A stretch of DNA of 26,721 nucleotides from an uncultured Deinococcales bacterium. GTDB lineage: Bacteria; Deinococcota; Deinococci; Deinococcales; JAAFIG01. The stretch lies in contig CAXTTL010000040.1 of NCBI GenBank assembly GCA_964247135.1, forward strand, positions 1-26,721, read 5' to 3'. The notes under the pieces were generated by a model that was not told the DNA's origin, searched no databases, and saw nothing but the letters and a program-made list of their open reading frames with translations. A program made the translations under genes and the position numbers. Below, one piece after another: positions 8,517 to 18,280 of the stretch (position 1 is its first letter; every line of letters begins with the position of its first letter).

Positions 8517-9560
8517 ATGCTCGAAAAACTCCGTCAAACCATGCGCGAATTTGAGATTCAATGTTTGTTGGTTTCAAATCCAGCCAACGTGCGCTACTTG
8601 TCTAACTTCAGCACACCAAGGGACGGTAACGTGCTGGTGACACTCGAGGATGCGTTTTTAATCACCGATGATCGGTATTTGGTGCAAGCAGGACTCGAGT
8701 CAACAATACCAGTCAAAATGGCGCGCTTTGAGGCGGTGCTCGAGTTTGTCCACGAAATCGTGCAGGGTCGTCCGCTGGGATTTGAAGCCGACGACACCAG
8801 TTACAAGCAATTTGACGCACTGCGGGCTTTAAACGCGCCGCTCCGTCCCGTCGAAAACCTGGTGGACAACTTACGCGCCATCAAAACGCCGACCGAGCTG
8901 GCAAAAATTCGTGAAGCCGCCCGCCTGAACGACCTCGCACTCGAGAGGGTCTTGCCCAAAATGGTACCAGGTGCCATCGAGCGCGACATCGCTTTGGACC
9001 TCGAGATCCAAATGCGCCGCGCTGGGGCTGACGGTTGCGCCTTTGAAATTACGGTTGCCAGCGGCGAGCGCAGCGCCATGCCTCACGGTGGTGCGTCGGG
9101 CAAAGTGATTGGCGACAACGAACTGGTCACGGTGGACATGGGTGCAAATTACCAAGGCTACCTTTCGGACATGACCCGAACTTACGCCATCGGCGATCCT
9201 GGAAAAGAGCTAAAAAACATTCACCGCATTGTCGCCCAGGCGCACCAAGCCGCCCTCGAGAAAGTACGCGCTGGGGTCAAAGCCTTCGATGTGGATTTCG
9301 CCGCCCGAGATATCATTGCCAAAGCCGGTTACGGCGAGTATTTTGGGCACAGCGTCGGTCACGGCGTGGGTTTAGCCATTCACGAGCAACCCAGCGTCTC
9401 GTACCGTTCTGAAGACAACAAACTCGAGGCGGGCATGGTGATCACCATCGAACCTGGCATCTACCTGCCCGAAAAGGGCGGCGTTCGGATTGAAGATTTG
9501 GTGCTGGTGACCGAAAACGGTTTTGAATTTCTCAGCCATGCGCCGCACAATACTGTTTAA
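8517..9560 (+). CDS. Xaa-Pro aminopeptidase/dipeptidase (M24B family)
   Basis: Creatinase-N region NVRYLSNF; metal-site motifs VDMG, SDMTRT, HSVGHGVGLAIHE, TIEPGIY, GVRIED. Confidence 0.93.
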   Translation: MLEKLRQTMREFEIQCLLVSNPANVRYLSNFSTPRDGNVLVTLEDAFLITDDRYLVQAGLESTIPVKMARFEAVLEFVHEIVQGRPLGFEADDTSYKQFDALRALNAPLRPVENLVDNLRAIKTPTELAKIREAARLNDLALERVLPKMVPGAIERDIALDLEIQMRRAGADGCAFEITVASGERSAMPHGGASGKVIGDNELVTVDMGANYQGYLSDMTRTYAIGDPGKELKNIHRIVAQAHQAALEKVRAGVKAFDVDFAARDIIAKAGYGEYFGHSVGHGVGLAIHEQPSVSYRSEDNKLEAGMVITIEPGIYLPEKGGVRIEDLVLVTENGFEFLSHAPHNTV

Positions 9561-9597
9561 ACCTCGAGTTTTAGATTCGCGCAATCCAGCCAAAAAC

Positions 9598-9606
9598 TGG
9601 TACACT
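9598..9606 (+). promoter_or_regulatory. extended -10 promoter element (TGnTACACT) upstream of the YbjN gene
   Basis: TGGTACACT at 9598-9606, about 65 nt before the start codon. Confidence 0.5.
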
Positions 9607-9671
9607 GCGCCGCGTTACCGAACTTGGAGTCCAAAAAGGCAAGCACAACCAAGTCGCAGGAGTCAAGAATC

Positions 9672-10115
9672 ATGGACATTATCCCTTTATTAACCTTGGA
9701 AACCATCGGCAGTTACTTGAAGAAAAAAGAAGTCAATTATGAGACCGAAACCAACGGCGCAAACCGTTTCTTGCGCACCAACTGGAAATTTGACATGGGC
9801 GACGCCGCCGTCATCATCAGCCTCAACGATGGACCCGACGGCACCAGCCGCCTCGAGATCACCTGTGTGACACACAACCAATACCGTTCGCGCCGCGCCG
9901 ACGTGCTCGAGATGCTGAACGCCCGCAACCGCGAACGCGCCTTTGCCCGCAGCATCGACGATGACGGCAACGTCTGGCTCGAGTACATCGCCTTTTACCC
10001 GATTGCCATGCAACTCAGCGAGAGCTTGTTCGACACGATTTTTGGCGGCGTGTTGGTGCATTTTCAAGACGATTATGCGACGCTCGAGGGTGTGACGCCA
10101 AAAGCCCAAGCTTAA
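9672..10115 (+). CDS. YbjN-domain (T3SS chaperone-like / sensory transduction regulator) protein
   Basis: About 147 aa; pattern [27 protein letters not shown] is typical of the YbjN family; AGGAG RBS at 9658-9662 supports ATG 9672. Confidence 0.7.
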   Translation: MDIIPLLTLETIGSYLKKKEVNYETETNGANRFLRTNWKFDMGDAAVIISLNDGPDGTSRLEITCVTHNQYRSRRADVLEMLNARNRERAFARSIDDDGNVWLEYIAFYPIAMQLSESLFDTIFGGVLVHFQDDYATLEGVTPKAQA

Positions 10116-10140
10116 CAGCCTTTGACAACAGGGATTTCGC

Positions 10141-10172
10141 CAGGAGCAGCCGTTTGGTTTGCTCCTGTTTTT
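10141..10172 (+). terminator. intrinsic terminator
   Basis: CAGGAGCAGCC/GGTTTGCTCCTG stem followed by TTTTT, between convergent genes. Confidence 0.75.
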
Positions 10173-10296
10173 ATTTCCTGGTGAAATTCAGGCTCGAGCT
10201 TGAAGCAGTCGAACACACGTCAACCTTTTAACAAGAAATGGCGATACCAAAAACCGTGACTCAAAATGGCGATCAATTGCCCGTTCAAGATTTATT

Positions 10297-11247
10297 TTAC
10301 CGTTTGAAACGCAACAACAAAATAAAAACCACCACGTACAACACAACCACAATTGGCACAATATATTTGCGAAGCGGCGAAACGGGTCGGGTTGGCTCGA
10401 GGATAATCGTGTGCTTTGGATCGTGCTCGAGGTCGGCGACCGCCATGGCGGGTTCACGTCCGAGTTGGGGCAGGGGGTAATTTTTGCTGCGTTTCCCGAT
10501 TTTTTTGACGCGGGTCAGAACCACCGTAATGTTGTCGGGTCCACCGTTGGCGTTGGCGGCATCAATTAATTTTTGGGCGACCACCTCGGCGGGGTCGTTC
10601 TGGTTTTTTTGCACCATGCCCAGGATCATGTCGTCGGTCAACATGTTCGAAAGCCCGTCGGAGCACAGTAAAATCGTGTCGTTTTCGCGCAGTTCGATGC
10701 CAAACAGGTCCAGGCGCAGTTGGGGTCTAGAGCCGAGGGCATTGGTGATGACGTTGCGCCAACGGTGGTTGCGGGCTTCGTCTTCGGTGATCACACCCTG
10801 GCGCACGCGCTCTGCCACCCAGGAGTGATCGCGGGTCAGTTGCTGAATCTGATTGCCGCGAATCAGGTAAGCCCTCGAGTCGCCCACGTGCCCGACAATC
10901 GCGGCGTTGCCGTCAACCACCAGGGCGGTCATGGTGGTACCCATGCCCCTAGATTCGCTACGCTTGCTGGCGTGCTGGTAGACCGCCAAATTGGCGCGTT
11001 GCAGGGCGCGGGGCAAGCCGTCTGGCGGCACTTGGCGGTTTTCGCTCATGGCTTCGACCAGGGTTTGGGTTGCCATCTGGCTGGCGACCTCGCCGGTGCG
11101 GTGTCCGCCCATGCCGTCTGCCACAATCATGACCTCGCCGGCGGAGACGCTGGCGGTCGCCCAAGTGTCTTCGTTCAATGACCGCACTTGCCCTGGATGA
11201 GAAAGTCCAGCAATTTCGAGGGGTGAAGTGGTTACCGGTGCACTCAT
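10297..11247 (-). CDS. PP2C-family (Stp1/PrpC) Ser/Thr protein phosphatase with C-terminal transmembrane anchor
   Basis: RSLNED, VADGMGGH, GMGTT, HVGDSRAY, LLCSDGL and GGPDNIT motifs; hydrophobic C-terminus YIVPIVVVLYVVVFILLL. TATAAT lies 8 nt before the ATG. Confidence 0.93.
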   Translation of the reverse strand: MSAPVTTSPLEIAGLSHPGQVRSLNEDTWATASVSAGEVMIVADGMGGHRTGEVASQMATQTLVEAMSENRQVPPDGLPRALQRANLAVYQHASKRSESRGMGTTMTALVVDGNAAIVGHVGDSRAYLIRGNQIQQLTRDHSWVAERVRQGVITEDEARNHRWRNVITNALGSRPQLRLDLFGIELRENDTILLCSDGLSNMLTDDMILGMVQKNQNDPAEVVAQKLIDAANANGGPDNITVVLTRVKKIGKRSKNYPLPQLGREPAMAVADLEHDPKHTIILEPTRPVSPLRKYIVPIVVVLYVVVFILLLRFKR

Positions 11248-11299
11248 CTGTTTGAATTATAACGTCTCGAATGACTTGGGGTGTGCGAATAGCGCACAC

Positions 11300-12670
11300 T
11301 CAACTCGAGTTTCGAGACTCGACCAGCAATTTGGCGTACAAATCTTGATACTCGAGCGCGGCGGCGTCCCAACTGACGTTGAGGTTCATGCCCGCTCGCG
11401 CTTTGCCCCGCCAAGTCTCAGATTGCCAATCGCGTCTGGCAATCGCCAATGCCTCAAGCATGTCTGTACTTTTGTAGCGGTGAAAACCGTAGCCTCGGGA
11501 TTCGGGGACGGTGTCGATCAGTCCTCCGGTGTAACGCACAATTGGAACGGTGCCGTAACGCATCGAGATCAGTTGCGACAAACCGCAAGGTTCAAAGCGG
11601 CTGGGCATCAAAAACGCGTCTGCTCCGGCGTAAATTCGGTGGGCGAAAGGTTCGTCAAATTGATCGCTGAAGGCGACCTGATTCGGATGTTCGTTTTTCA
11701 GTGACTCGAGCGCGTTTTGGTAATGCGCTTCTCCCGAGCCGAGTACCACCAAATTCCAGTCCTTGACAATGACTTCCAGAGCGGGCAGAACCAAATCGAG
11801 TCCCTTTTGATCGGTAAGGCGCGTGACCATACCCAGTATTGGGCGCGAAGCATCAATTCCCAACCCTCGGCACAATGCCGCCCGAGCCGCAGATTTGGCT
11901 TTCAAGGTCTTGTACCGATGTTCGAGGTACTGATCGGTGCCAGGATTCCAGTAATCCGTGTCAATACCATTCAAAATGCCCTTGACCCCCCGCGAACGCA
12001 AAAAACCGTCAAGCCCTTCGCCGTACTCTGGGGTTTGAATCTCGAGCGCATAAGAGGGTGAAACGGTGCTGATGACGTTTGAAAATGCCAATCCCGCTTT
12101 GGCGCAACTGGCATCGTTGTAATACTCGAGTCCTTCCTGCCCCGCGACCTCGGGCGGCAATCCTGACCATGCCAGCACCTCGGGAATGTTCCAGCGTCCC
12201 TGATAGGCAAGGTTGTGAATGGAGTAGACCAATTTGGCTTTGAGGCTGCTGTGCGTAACCAGCGGCGCAATCAACCCCGTTTGCCAATCGTTGAGGTGGA
12301 TCACATCTGGTTTTAATTTGAGAAACTCGAGGACCGACAAAAATGCGCGAGAAAAAGCGGTGAAACGCCGAACATCGTCAAAATAACCGTAGTAATTGGC
12401 GCGATCAAAAGCGTGTATGCCCACAAAGATAAAATCCACGCCATGTTGAGAAATTTTGCCAATGCGCAGGGGTTGATACAACCAATCAAAATCCAGCGTC
12501 CCAAGCAGTTCAGGCTTTGCTTTTAAACCTGAGTACCACGGGCTGAAGACTTTGATTCCCAGACCGAGTTTGGAGAGCGCAATCGGCAAAGCGCCCGCGA
12601 CATCCGCCAAACCACCCGATTTGGAGTACGGGTGAACCTCACTGGAAACAAACGCGATTTGACGAGCCAT
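11300..12670 (-). CDS. glgA: glycogen synthase
   Basis: KSGGLADV, HLNDWQT, SIHNLAYQG, GILNGID, RLTDQKG and PSRFEPCGLSQ motifs; start at ATG 12670 with GAGGGGG RBS. Confidence 0.95.
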   Translation of the reverse strand: MARQIAFVSSEVHPYSKSGGLADVAGALPIALSKLGLGIKVFSPWYSGLKAKPELLGTLDFDWLYQPLRIGKISQHGVDFIFVGIHAFDRANYYGYFDDVRRFTAFSRAFLSVLEFLKLKPDVIHLNDWQTGLIAPLVTHSSLKAKLVYSIHNLAYQGRWNIPEVLAWSGLPPEVAGQEGLEYYNDASCAKAGLAFSNVISTVSPSYALEIQTPEYGEGLDGFLRSRGVKGILNGIDTDYWNPGTDQYLEHRYKTLKAKSAARAALCRGLGIDASRPILGMVTRLTDQKGLDLVLPALEVIVKDWNLVVLGSGEAHYQNALESLKNEHPNQVAFSDQFDEPFAHRIYAGADAFLMPSRFEPCGLSQLISMRYGTVPIVRYTGGLIDTVPESRGYGFHRYKSTDMLEALAIARRDWQSETWRGKARAGMNLNVSWDAAALEYQDLYAKLLVESRNSS

Positions 12671-12806
12671 GAAATCCCCCTCTTGACACAAACCCAATTC
12701 CTGCCTAAAGTTATCATCCTTTGGTCTTGAAGCGTTCAAGTCTAAGGCAACTCGAGATTCGGCTGGAAGCCCACACTTCCCAGCCCATTTTTCGTGAGTC
12801 AAGCCA

Positions 12807-12815
12807 TGTTAAGCT
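12807..12815 (+). promoter_or_regulatory. probable extended -10 promoter of rpoD (TGtTAAGCT)
   Basis: TGTTAAGCT at 12807-12815, about 80 nt before the probable TTG start. Confidence 0.45.
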
Positions 12816-12894
12816 GTCAGTTCGTGATTGTGTGAGGTTTTAAGTCAAACACGGCAATCAGACTGAGTTGTTCACGTTAAGGGAGGGGTATCCG

Positions 12895-14730
12895 TTGAGC
12901 GTAAAACGCACCGCAGCCACACCAGCAAAATCTGCCCAAACTGTCTCGGGTTTGACAGATAAGGGCAAAGTCGGCTCGAGTCTGGGCAGTCAAAAAGGCG
13001 CGAAGCCCTCCCCCAACGTCGTTTCAAAACAAGAACCCGCCAAACCGATTGCCACCAGCAAAAAGATGGTCGCACCGAGCAAAAGCCAGGCTGGCAAAAC
13101 CGTTGCGACACCCGCCAAACCAACCCCGAAGACCACTGAGAAACCCAAAACCATGACTGTTGCCAAAGCATCCAAACCAGTTGCCCGAATCGCCGGAAAA
13201 CCCACCGCCAAAGCTGCCGCGAAACCAGCCAGCAAAATCGAGTCCAGCGCCCTCAAAACCAGCGCCCTCAAAGTCTCGAGCAAAGCCGAAGTCAAACCGA
13301 GCAAAGCCCCAGCCAAAGCCGAGGCTAAACCTGTCACCAAAAAAGCGCCCAAAGCCCCAGCCAAACCCATCGAACCCGTCAAAACCATTCGCTCGGACTC
13401 CAAACCCGCCAAAGCGGCGGCGGGCAGCAAACTCGCCAAACTCGAGACTGGCAAAGCCAAACCAGGCAAACCCGAATCGTCTGGCGGCAAAAATGCCGGC
13501 AAATCTGAACGTCCCTGGAAAGATACGGCGGCGATCAAAGCGCTTGTCAGCAAAGGCAAACGCGAGGGCTTATTAAACACCGCCGACGCCACCGACGCGC
13601 TTTCCAAAGCCTTGATCGAACTGGGTTTGAACCCAGACGAAACCGACGAGTTTGACGACTTGATGCTTTATTTGCAAGCCGAGGGCATCGTCATGGAAGA
13701 CCTCGCCGAGGAAGAGGAACTCGAGATTGAAGAGGACCTCGAGGGTGGCAGCGACGAGGAGAGCGAAGAGGACACCGAAAACCGCTTCGCCGAGGAGAGC
13801 GCCAGGTTGACCACCAACGACCCAGTGCGCCAATACCTGCACGAGATTGGTCGGGTTTCGCTTTTAACGCTCGAGGAAGAAATTGACCTGGCACGCCGCG
13901 TCGAGGAGGGCGAGGAAGCCAAAAAAGACCTGGCGGCAGCTCCCGACGACCTCGAGGAACGCTCGAGGCGAGGTTTGGTTCGCAAGGGTCAAGACGGGGA
14001 CGCCGCCCGTCAACATTTGATCGAAGCCAATTTGCGACTTGTGGTCAGCATTGCCAAAAAATACACCGGACGCGGGATGAGCTTTTTGGATTTGATTCAG
14101 GAAGGCAACCAAGGTTTGATTCGTGCGGTTGAAAAGTTCGAGTACAAACGCCGTTACAAGTTCTCGACCTATGCCACCTGGTGGATTCGGCAAGCGATCA
14201 ACCGTGCGATTGCCGACCAAGCCCGCACGATTCGCATTCCGGTGCACATGGTCGAAACCATCAACAAACTGACCCGAACCGCCAGACAACTGCAACAAGA
14301 ACTGAGCCGCGAACCCAGCTTTGAAGAAATTGCCGAGGCGATGGGACCAGGCTGGACTGCCGAAAAAGTCGAAGAGGTCCAAAAAGTCTCGCAAGAACCT
14401 GTCAGCCTCGAGACGCCAATCGGTGACGAGAAAGACAGCTTCTACGGCGATTTTATTCCAGACGACAACCTGGATACACCCGTGGACAACGCCGCCAAAA
14501 GCTTGCTGAGTGAAGAACTCGAGAAGGCATTGGGCAAACTGACCGAACGCGAGGCGATGGTTTTAAAACTGCGCAAAGGTTTGATCGACGGACGCGAGCA
14601 CACGCTCGAGGAAGTTGGGCAGTATTTCAACGTGACCCGAGAGCGCATTCGTCAGATTGAGAACAAGGCGCTCCGAAAATTGAAGTACCACGAAAGCCGC
14701 ACCCGTAAACTCCGCGATTTCTTGGATTAA
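12895..14730 (+). CDS. rpoD: RNA polymerase primary sigma factor with long Lys/Ala/Pro-rich N-terminal extension
   Basis: Region 1.2 [11 protein letters not shown], region 2 [13 protein letters not shown]...DLIQEGN...[14 protein letters not shown], region 4 [30 protein letters not shown] supports TTG at 12895. Confidence 0.96.
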   Translation: MSVKRTAATPAKSAQTVSGLTDKGKVGSSLGSQKGAKPSPNVVSKQEPAKPIATSKKMVAPSKSQAGKTVATPAKPTPKTTEKPKTMTVAKASKPVARIAGKPTAKAAAKPASKIESSALKTSALKVSSKAEVKPSKAPAKAEAKPVTKKAPKAPAKPIEPVKTIRSDSKPAKAAAGSKLAKLETGKAKPGKPESSGGKNAGKSERPWKDTAAIKALVSKGKREGLLNTADATDALSKALIELGLNPDETDEFDDLMLYLQAEGIVMEDLAEEEELEIEEDLEGGSDEESEEDTENRFAEESARLTTNDPVRQYLHEIGRVSLLTLEEEIDLARRVEEGEEAKKDLAAAPDDLEERSRRGLVRKGQDGDAARQHLIEANLRLVVSIAKKYTGRGMSFLDLIQEGNQGLIRAVEKFEYKRRYKFSTYATWWIRQAINRAIADQARTIRIPVHMVETINKLTRTARQLQQELSREPSFEEIAEAMGPGWTAEKVEEVQKVSQEPVSLETPIGDEKDSFYGDFIPDDNLDTPVDNAAKSLLSEELEKALGKLTEREAMVLKLRKGLIDGREHTLEEVGQYFNVTRERIRQIENKALRKLKYHESRTRKLRDFLD

Positions 14731-14758
14731 GCAATCATCTCGAGATTGAATTTGAGAC

Positions 14759-14788
14759 AACAGGGCGAGCGAAATCTCGTCCTGTTTT
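14759..14788 (+). terminator. intrinsic terminator of rpoD
   Basis: AACAGGGCGAG/CTCGTCCTGTT stem with CGAAAT loop followed by T residues. Confidence 0.7.
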
Positions 14789-14810
14789 GTTAGAATTTGA
14801 GGAAGAAAAT

Positions 14811-15170
14811 ATGAAACTCAATCATTTGAACCTGATCGTCAGTGACGTTCCTGCAACCAGCGCTTTCTTGGAAAAGTATTTTGGTTTGCGCACCATCGCG
14901 CCAGGGAATGCCAACATGGCGTTCATGACCGACGACACCGGTTTAATTCTGATCATGTTTAAAGGCAAAGAGGTCAGCTATCCCGAAGGATTTCACATTG
15001 GCTTTATTCAAGAATCTGAGGCGCAAGTCAACGAAATCAATCAACGCCTGAAAGACGATGGTTTTGATGTTCCAGCGCCAACTCGCAATCAACAGGGACG
15101 CTGGACGTTTTACTTTGATTCCCCTGGCGGATTCGTGATCGAGGTCGAATACGTGAAATTCGGAAAATAA
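14811..15170 (+). CDS. VOC (glyoxalase/bleomycin resistance) family protein
   Basis: MKLNHLNLIVSDV...FHIGF...FYFDSPGGFVIEV pattern; GAGG RBS. Confidence 0.88.
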   Translation: MKLNHLNLIVSDVPATSAFLEKYFGLRTIAPGNANMAFMTDDTGLILIMFKGKEVSYPEGFHIGFIQESEAQVNEINQRLKDDGFDVPAPTRNQQGRWTFYFDSPGGFVIEVEYVKFGK

Positions 15171-15193
15171 GTTTACGCCAGAAATCTCGAGCC

Positions 15194-15228
15194 TCAAACG
15201 CAGAGCAAGCGAGCGGTTCTGCGTTTGA
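15194..15228. terminator. stem-loop between the VOC gene and the second M24 gene
   Basis: TCAAACGCAGAGC pairs with GTTCTGCGTTTGA (one G-T pair). Confidence 0.55.
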
Positions 15229-15259
15229 TGGTACGCTAAAGCTCAAAATGGAGACGAAC

Positions 15260-16429
15260 ATGCTGCTGCAAAAACTGGCTGAAGTTCAAGACCACTTGCA
15301 AGGAAACAAGATCGACGGTTGGTTGCTGTTCGACTTTAAAGACATGAATCCATTCGTCAAAAAAACCCTACAACTCGAGGGTGACGCGATTCTCTCGAGG
15401 CGTTGGTGGGTTTGGATTCCTGCCAACGGTCAACCCAGCGTGACCACCCACGGGATCGAGGTGAGGTCGTTTCCTGAGATTGGAATGCCGAAATCGAGTT
15501 ACTCGAGCCGCACCGATTTGAGCGAAAAATTGCGTGAGACGCTGGGAAATTCCAAACGCATTGCGATGGAATTCTCACCGCTTGGGAACAACCCTTATGT
15601 TTCCAAAGTGGATGCGGGAACAATTGATTTGATCAGAAGTTTTAATGTCGAGGTCGTGAGTTCTGGCGATTTGCTGCAACTGTTTCAAGCCTGGAGCGCC
15701 GAGCAACTCGAGGACCACCGCAAAGCCAACCAGGTTTTGACCCAAACCAAAGACGCGGCGCTGGAAAGAATCAAACATTGTTTCTCGAGCGGAATTGCGC
15801 TCAGTGAATTTGAATTGCAAACGTACATGTGTGATTTCATGGTGTCCAAAGGCATGACCTACGACCACGGTCCAATAGTTGGTTTCGGCGTTCATTCCAA
15901 CGACCCGCATTACGCGCCGCAAGCCTCGGGGTCAAAGCTGCTCGAGCCTGGTCCAATTTTGCTGGACTTGTGGTGCAAAGTCAGTGGCGAAAATTATTAC
16001 GGCGACATCACCTGGATGGCGCACCTCGGCACGCCCAGCGCAGCATTTATTCACGTTTTTGACCGTGTGACCGCCGCTCGGGATGCAGGATTGAATTTCT
16101 TAAAAACCAAGCTCGAGAATACCCAGGACGTGCGCGGCTTTGAGGTCGATCAGGTGGTGCGTCAGGTTTTGATTGACGCGGATTTCGAGTCAGCCCTCCT
16201 ACACCGCACGGGTCACAGTTTGGGCACGGTCACGACCCACGGCGATGTGGCGCATTTTGACAGCATCGAAACGCTTGACGACCGCAGGATTTTGCCGCGC
16301 ATGGGCTTTACGATAGAGCCAGGCGTTTATCTGCCCGAATTTGGGGTGCGCAGCGAGATCAACGTCTACAGCACCAGCACTGGACTCGAGTTGACCAGCG
16401 CGATTCAAACCACGTTGGACGTACTCTGA
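15260..16429 (+). CDS. M24 family metallopeptidase (Xaa-Pro peptidase-like)
   Basis: DGWLLFDF, SNDPHY, LDLW, GDITW, HRTGHSLG, FTIEPGVY and GVRSEIN motifs. GGAG RBS favours ATG 15260; ATG 15248 is the alternative. Confidence 0.9.
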   Translation: MLLQKLAEVQDHLQGNKIDGWLLFDFKDMNPFVKKTLQLEGDAILSRRWWVWIPANGQPSVTTHGIEVRSFPEIGMPKSSYSSRTDLSEKLRETLGNSKRIAMEFSPLGNNPYVSKVDAGTIDLIRSFNVEVVSSGDLLQLFQAWSAEQLEDHRKANQVLTQTKDAALERIKHCFSSGIALSEFELQTYMCDFMVSKGMTYDHGPIVGFGVHSNDPHYAPQASGSKLLEPGPILLDLWCKVSGENYYGDITWMAHLGTPSAAFIHVFDRVTAARDAGLNFLKTKLENTQDVRGFEVDQVVRQVLIDADFESALLHRTGHSLGTVTTHGDVAHFDSIETLDDRRILPRMGFTIEPGVYLPEFGVRSEINVYSTSTGLELTSAIQTTLDVL

Positions 16430-16882
16430 ATGTACCCAGTCCGCACGTCCACCAAAGCCATCATCATTGAGAACAAGGCGCTGTTGGTGATTGTCGGCAA
16501 AGGCGAAATTGGCGAAGAGTATTATTACCTGCCAGGTGGCGGTCAAGACAAATTTGAGACGCTCGAGGATTGTTTAAAACGCGAATGTCTCGAGGAAATT
16601 GATGCCAAAGTGATTGTTGGGGATATTCTTTTTGTTCGGGATTACATCGCCAGAAACCACGAATTCGCAGCGTTTGACCCCAACTTTCATCAGGTGGATT
16701 TCTATTTTGAATGCAGCCTCGAGCCGGACCAAATCCCAAAAAACGGCGCAAGTCCTGACACCACCCAACAAGGCGTTTACTGGCTGCCACTCAGCGAACT
16801 CGAGACGGCAAACCTTTACCCACAGAAACTCAAAACCGCGCTGCTGGCTCGAGATCGGGTGTACCTGGGCGATGTGAACTGA
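16430..16882 (+). CDS. NUDIX hydrolase
   Basis: Nudix box GGGQDKFETLEDCLKRECLEEID; ATG directly follows the upstream stop codon. Confidence 0.9.
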   Translation: MYPVRTSTKAIIIENKALLVIVGKGEIGEEYYYLPGGGQDKFETLEDCLKRECLEEIDAKVIVGDILFVRDYIARNHEFAAFDPNFHQVDFYFECSLEPDQIPKNGASPDTTQQGVYWLPLSELETANLYPQKLKTALLARDRVYLGDVN

Positions 16883-17220
16883 TGCGAAATTTTACGGTCA
16901 CTGGCACAAACAACCCCTTCAGTTGCGCCCATTGCGGTTTGGAAGTGTTGCCACTGGCGAATGGGTCTGTGCGCAACCACTGCCCAAAATGCCTGCACTC
17001 GGTTCATGTGGACGTGAATCCAGGCGACCGAGCCAGCGATTGTGGCGGTTTGCTCGAGCCTGTTGGCGTGGAGCATTCGGGCAAAAAGGGTTGGGTGATC
17101 GTCCATCGCTGCCAAAAATGCGGGCAAATTCGGCGCAACAAAGCGGCACTTGATGACCCAAACCAACCCGATGATTTTGATGAGATCGTTCGTCTCTCGA
17201 GCAAACCAGATCAGCATTAA
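16882..17220 (+). CDS. RNHCP domain-containing zinc-ribbon protein
   Basis: CAHCG...VRNHCPKCLHSVHVDVNPGDRASDCGG...HRCQKCG; TGATG overlap with the NUDIX stop codon. Confidence 0.9.
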   Translation: MRNFTVTGTNNPFSCAHCGLEVLPLANGSVRNHCPKCLHSVHVDVNPGDRASDCGGLLEPVGVEHSGKKGWVIVHRCQKCGQIRRNKAALDDPNQPDDFDEIVRLSSKPDQH

Positions 17221-17368
17221 ACCCCAACCGTCATTGAGAACTTGACCGAGGCAGGCTTCTTTACCAATACCTAACCTCCAAGCTTCAAACTGTTCATACT
17301 CGAGCTTTACGCCCGATCAGAAACGAGGAGCACATGAACCAATTTATTCATCTCGAGGGGATTAACAC

Positions 17369-18169
17369 ATGACCACGACCGCTTCAGACCGTTTGAGTCT
17401 CGCCAAAACCATGCTCAGCAAAGTCCCAGAGGTCACGGTTTACTTTTGGATCATCAAGGTGCTGGCGACCACGATTGGCGAAACCGCCGCCGATTTTTTG
17501 AACACCAACTTAAACCTTGGCTTGACTGGCACAACGCTCGTCATGGGCGTCTTGTTGATCAGCGTGCTGTTTTTTCAATTTCGCTGCCGGCAGTACATTC
17601 CAAGTATTTACTGGCTGGCGGTGGTGTTGATCAGCGTGGTCGGCACGCTGATTACCGATAACTTGGTGGACAATTTTGGGGTCGGTTTGCAAACCACCAC
17701 CATTTTGTTTGCCGTGGCGCTGAGTGCCAGTTTTATTGCCTGGTATCTGTCCGAGAAAACCCTGTCGATTCACAGTATTTTCACCACCAAACGCGAGGCG
17801 TTTTACTGGCTGGCAGTGCTCTTTACCTTTGCGCTCGGCACGGCGGCGGGCGATTTGGTTGCCGAGGGTCTGAACTTGGGCTATTGGAAATCGGCGTTGA
17901 TGTTTGCGGGCATGATTGGCGCGGTTGGGTTGGCGCATGTGTTCCTGAAATTGCCTGGCATTCCGACCTTCTGGATTGCCTATATTTTGACCCGACCACT
18001 TGGGGCTTCAATCGGTGATTTCTTGTCACAAGACAAAACCGATGGTGGACTTCAGTTGGGAACGTTTGTTACCAGCGGTGTTTTCTTGGTCGCCATTTTG
18101 GCGGTGGTGATCTTTTTAACCCTCACCAAACGAGACTTGGAAGTGGTTCCCGCCCAGTTCGAGAAATGA
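17369..18169 (+). CDS. COG4705 / DUF347-repeat membrane protein
   Basis: SKVPEVTVYFWIIKVLATTIGETAAD, REAFYWLAVLFTFALGTAAGD and FWIAYILTRPLGASIGD motifs; multiple TM helices. Confidence 0.88.
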   Translation: MTTTASDRLSLAKTMLSKVPEVTVYFWIIKVLATTIGETAADFLNTNLNLGLTGTTLVMGVLLISVLFFQFRCRQYIPSIYWLAVVLISVVGTLITDNLVDNFGVGLQTTTILFAVALSASFIAWYLSEKTLSIHSIFTTKREAFYWLAVLFTFALGTAAGDLVAEGLNLGYWKSALMFAGMIGAVGLAHVFLKLPGIPTFWIAYILTRPLGASIGDFLSQDKTDGGLQLGTFVTSGVFLVAILAVVIFLTLTKRDLEVVPAQFEK

Positions 18170-18280
18170 GTTGGTGAGCCACACGCCAAGCACCAATACT
18201 CGAGCCAAGCGAATCTGAAGTTCTGCACGAAAATTGAGCAAGCTCGGGAAACAACGAGTCTAAACATCCAAAAACATCAA

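Noticed and set aside
10133-10188. Alternative pairing GATTTCGCCAGGA / TCCTGGTGAAATT competing with the terminator stem
   Set aside because: It lies between convergent 3' ends with no downstream gene to attenuate; probably part of a bidirectional terminator.
12671-12802. 44-codon N-terminal extension of glgA
   Set aside because: Glycogen synthase similarity starts at MARQIAFVSSE, which has a clear RBS.
12990-13607. 205 aa hydrophobic antisense ORF opposite the rpoD N-terminus
   Set aside because: It mirrors the Lys/Ala/Pro-rich low-complexity codons of rpoD; no independent signals.
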